Source: Eledone cirrhosa
Lineage: Eukaryota
Direction: 5' to 3'
NCBI GenBank assembly: GCA_964016885.1
Contig: OZ024761.1
Span: 6,820,001-6,884,000, forward strand
DNA: 64,000 nucleotides
Shown here: piece by piece, positions 63,893-64,000 of the stretch
How positions within the stretch are numbered: the first letter of the stretch is position 1
Layout: each line of letters opens with the position of its first letter
Notes under the pieces: generated by a model
Database searches by the model: none
Told to the model about the DNA's origin: nothing
Seen by the model: only the letters and a program-made list of their open reading frames with translations
Program-made: the position numbers and the translations under genes

Positions 63893-64000
63893 ATATGTCA
63901 ACACACAATCTTTTCTGTTTAATTTTTAGAGTAAATTTAAAATATCCTTAATGCAAAATTAATTCATATTTTTTATACTCCTTTAATCACTGTATTCTTT

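Overview
AT-rich, repeat-dense animal genomic DNA. The SINE families, (TA)n fields and RTE/Penelope content suggest an octopus or other cephalopod (inference). The only host gene content found is a head-to-tail array of the 19S proteasome AAA-ATPase Rpt1 (PSMC2) on the minus strand, with three parts. (A) An intact 12-exon gene at 18728-37038 encoding 435 aa, with all exons and GT-AG junctions traced by hand. (B) An orphan duplicate of its promoter and exon 1 at 43558-43633, probably the remnant of an internally deleted middle copy. (C) Exons 7-12 of a second paralog at 44544-63414, whose 5' exons lie beyond the window. Paralog C keeps every splice site, the reading frame and the ATPase motifs. 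Its central introns are nearly identical to A, yet its exon differences are almost all amino-acid-changing: 32 replaced codons against 1 purely silent codon in exons 8-11. It also carries a 16-aa insertion and has lost the conserved C-terminal tail, so it is a candidate rapidly evolving, specialised proteasome ATPase. The first 13 kb is a (TA)n field containing long inverted-repeat modules with minimal hammerhead-ribozyme motifs, next to a decayed Penelope-like retroelement. The rest is a full-length Gypsy LTR element without a tRNA-type PBS, fragments of RTE, CR1, CRE and R4/Dong LINEs, tRNA-derived SINEs, Helentron- and hAT-type non-autonomous elements, and many minisatellites.
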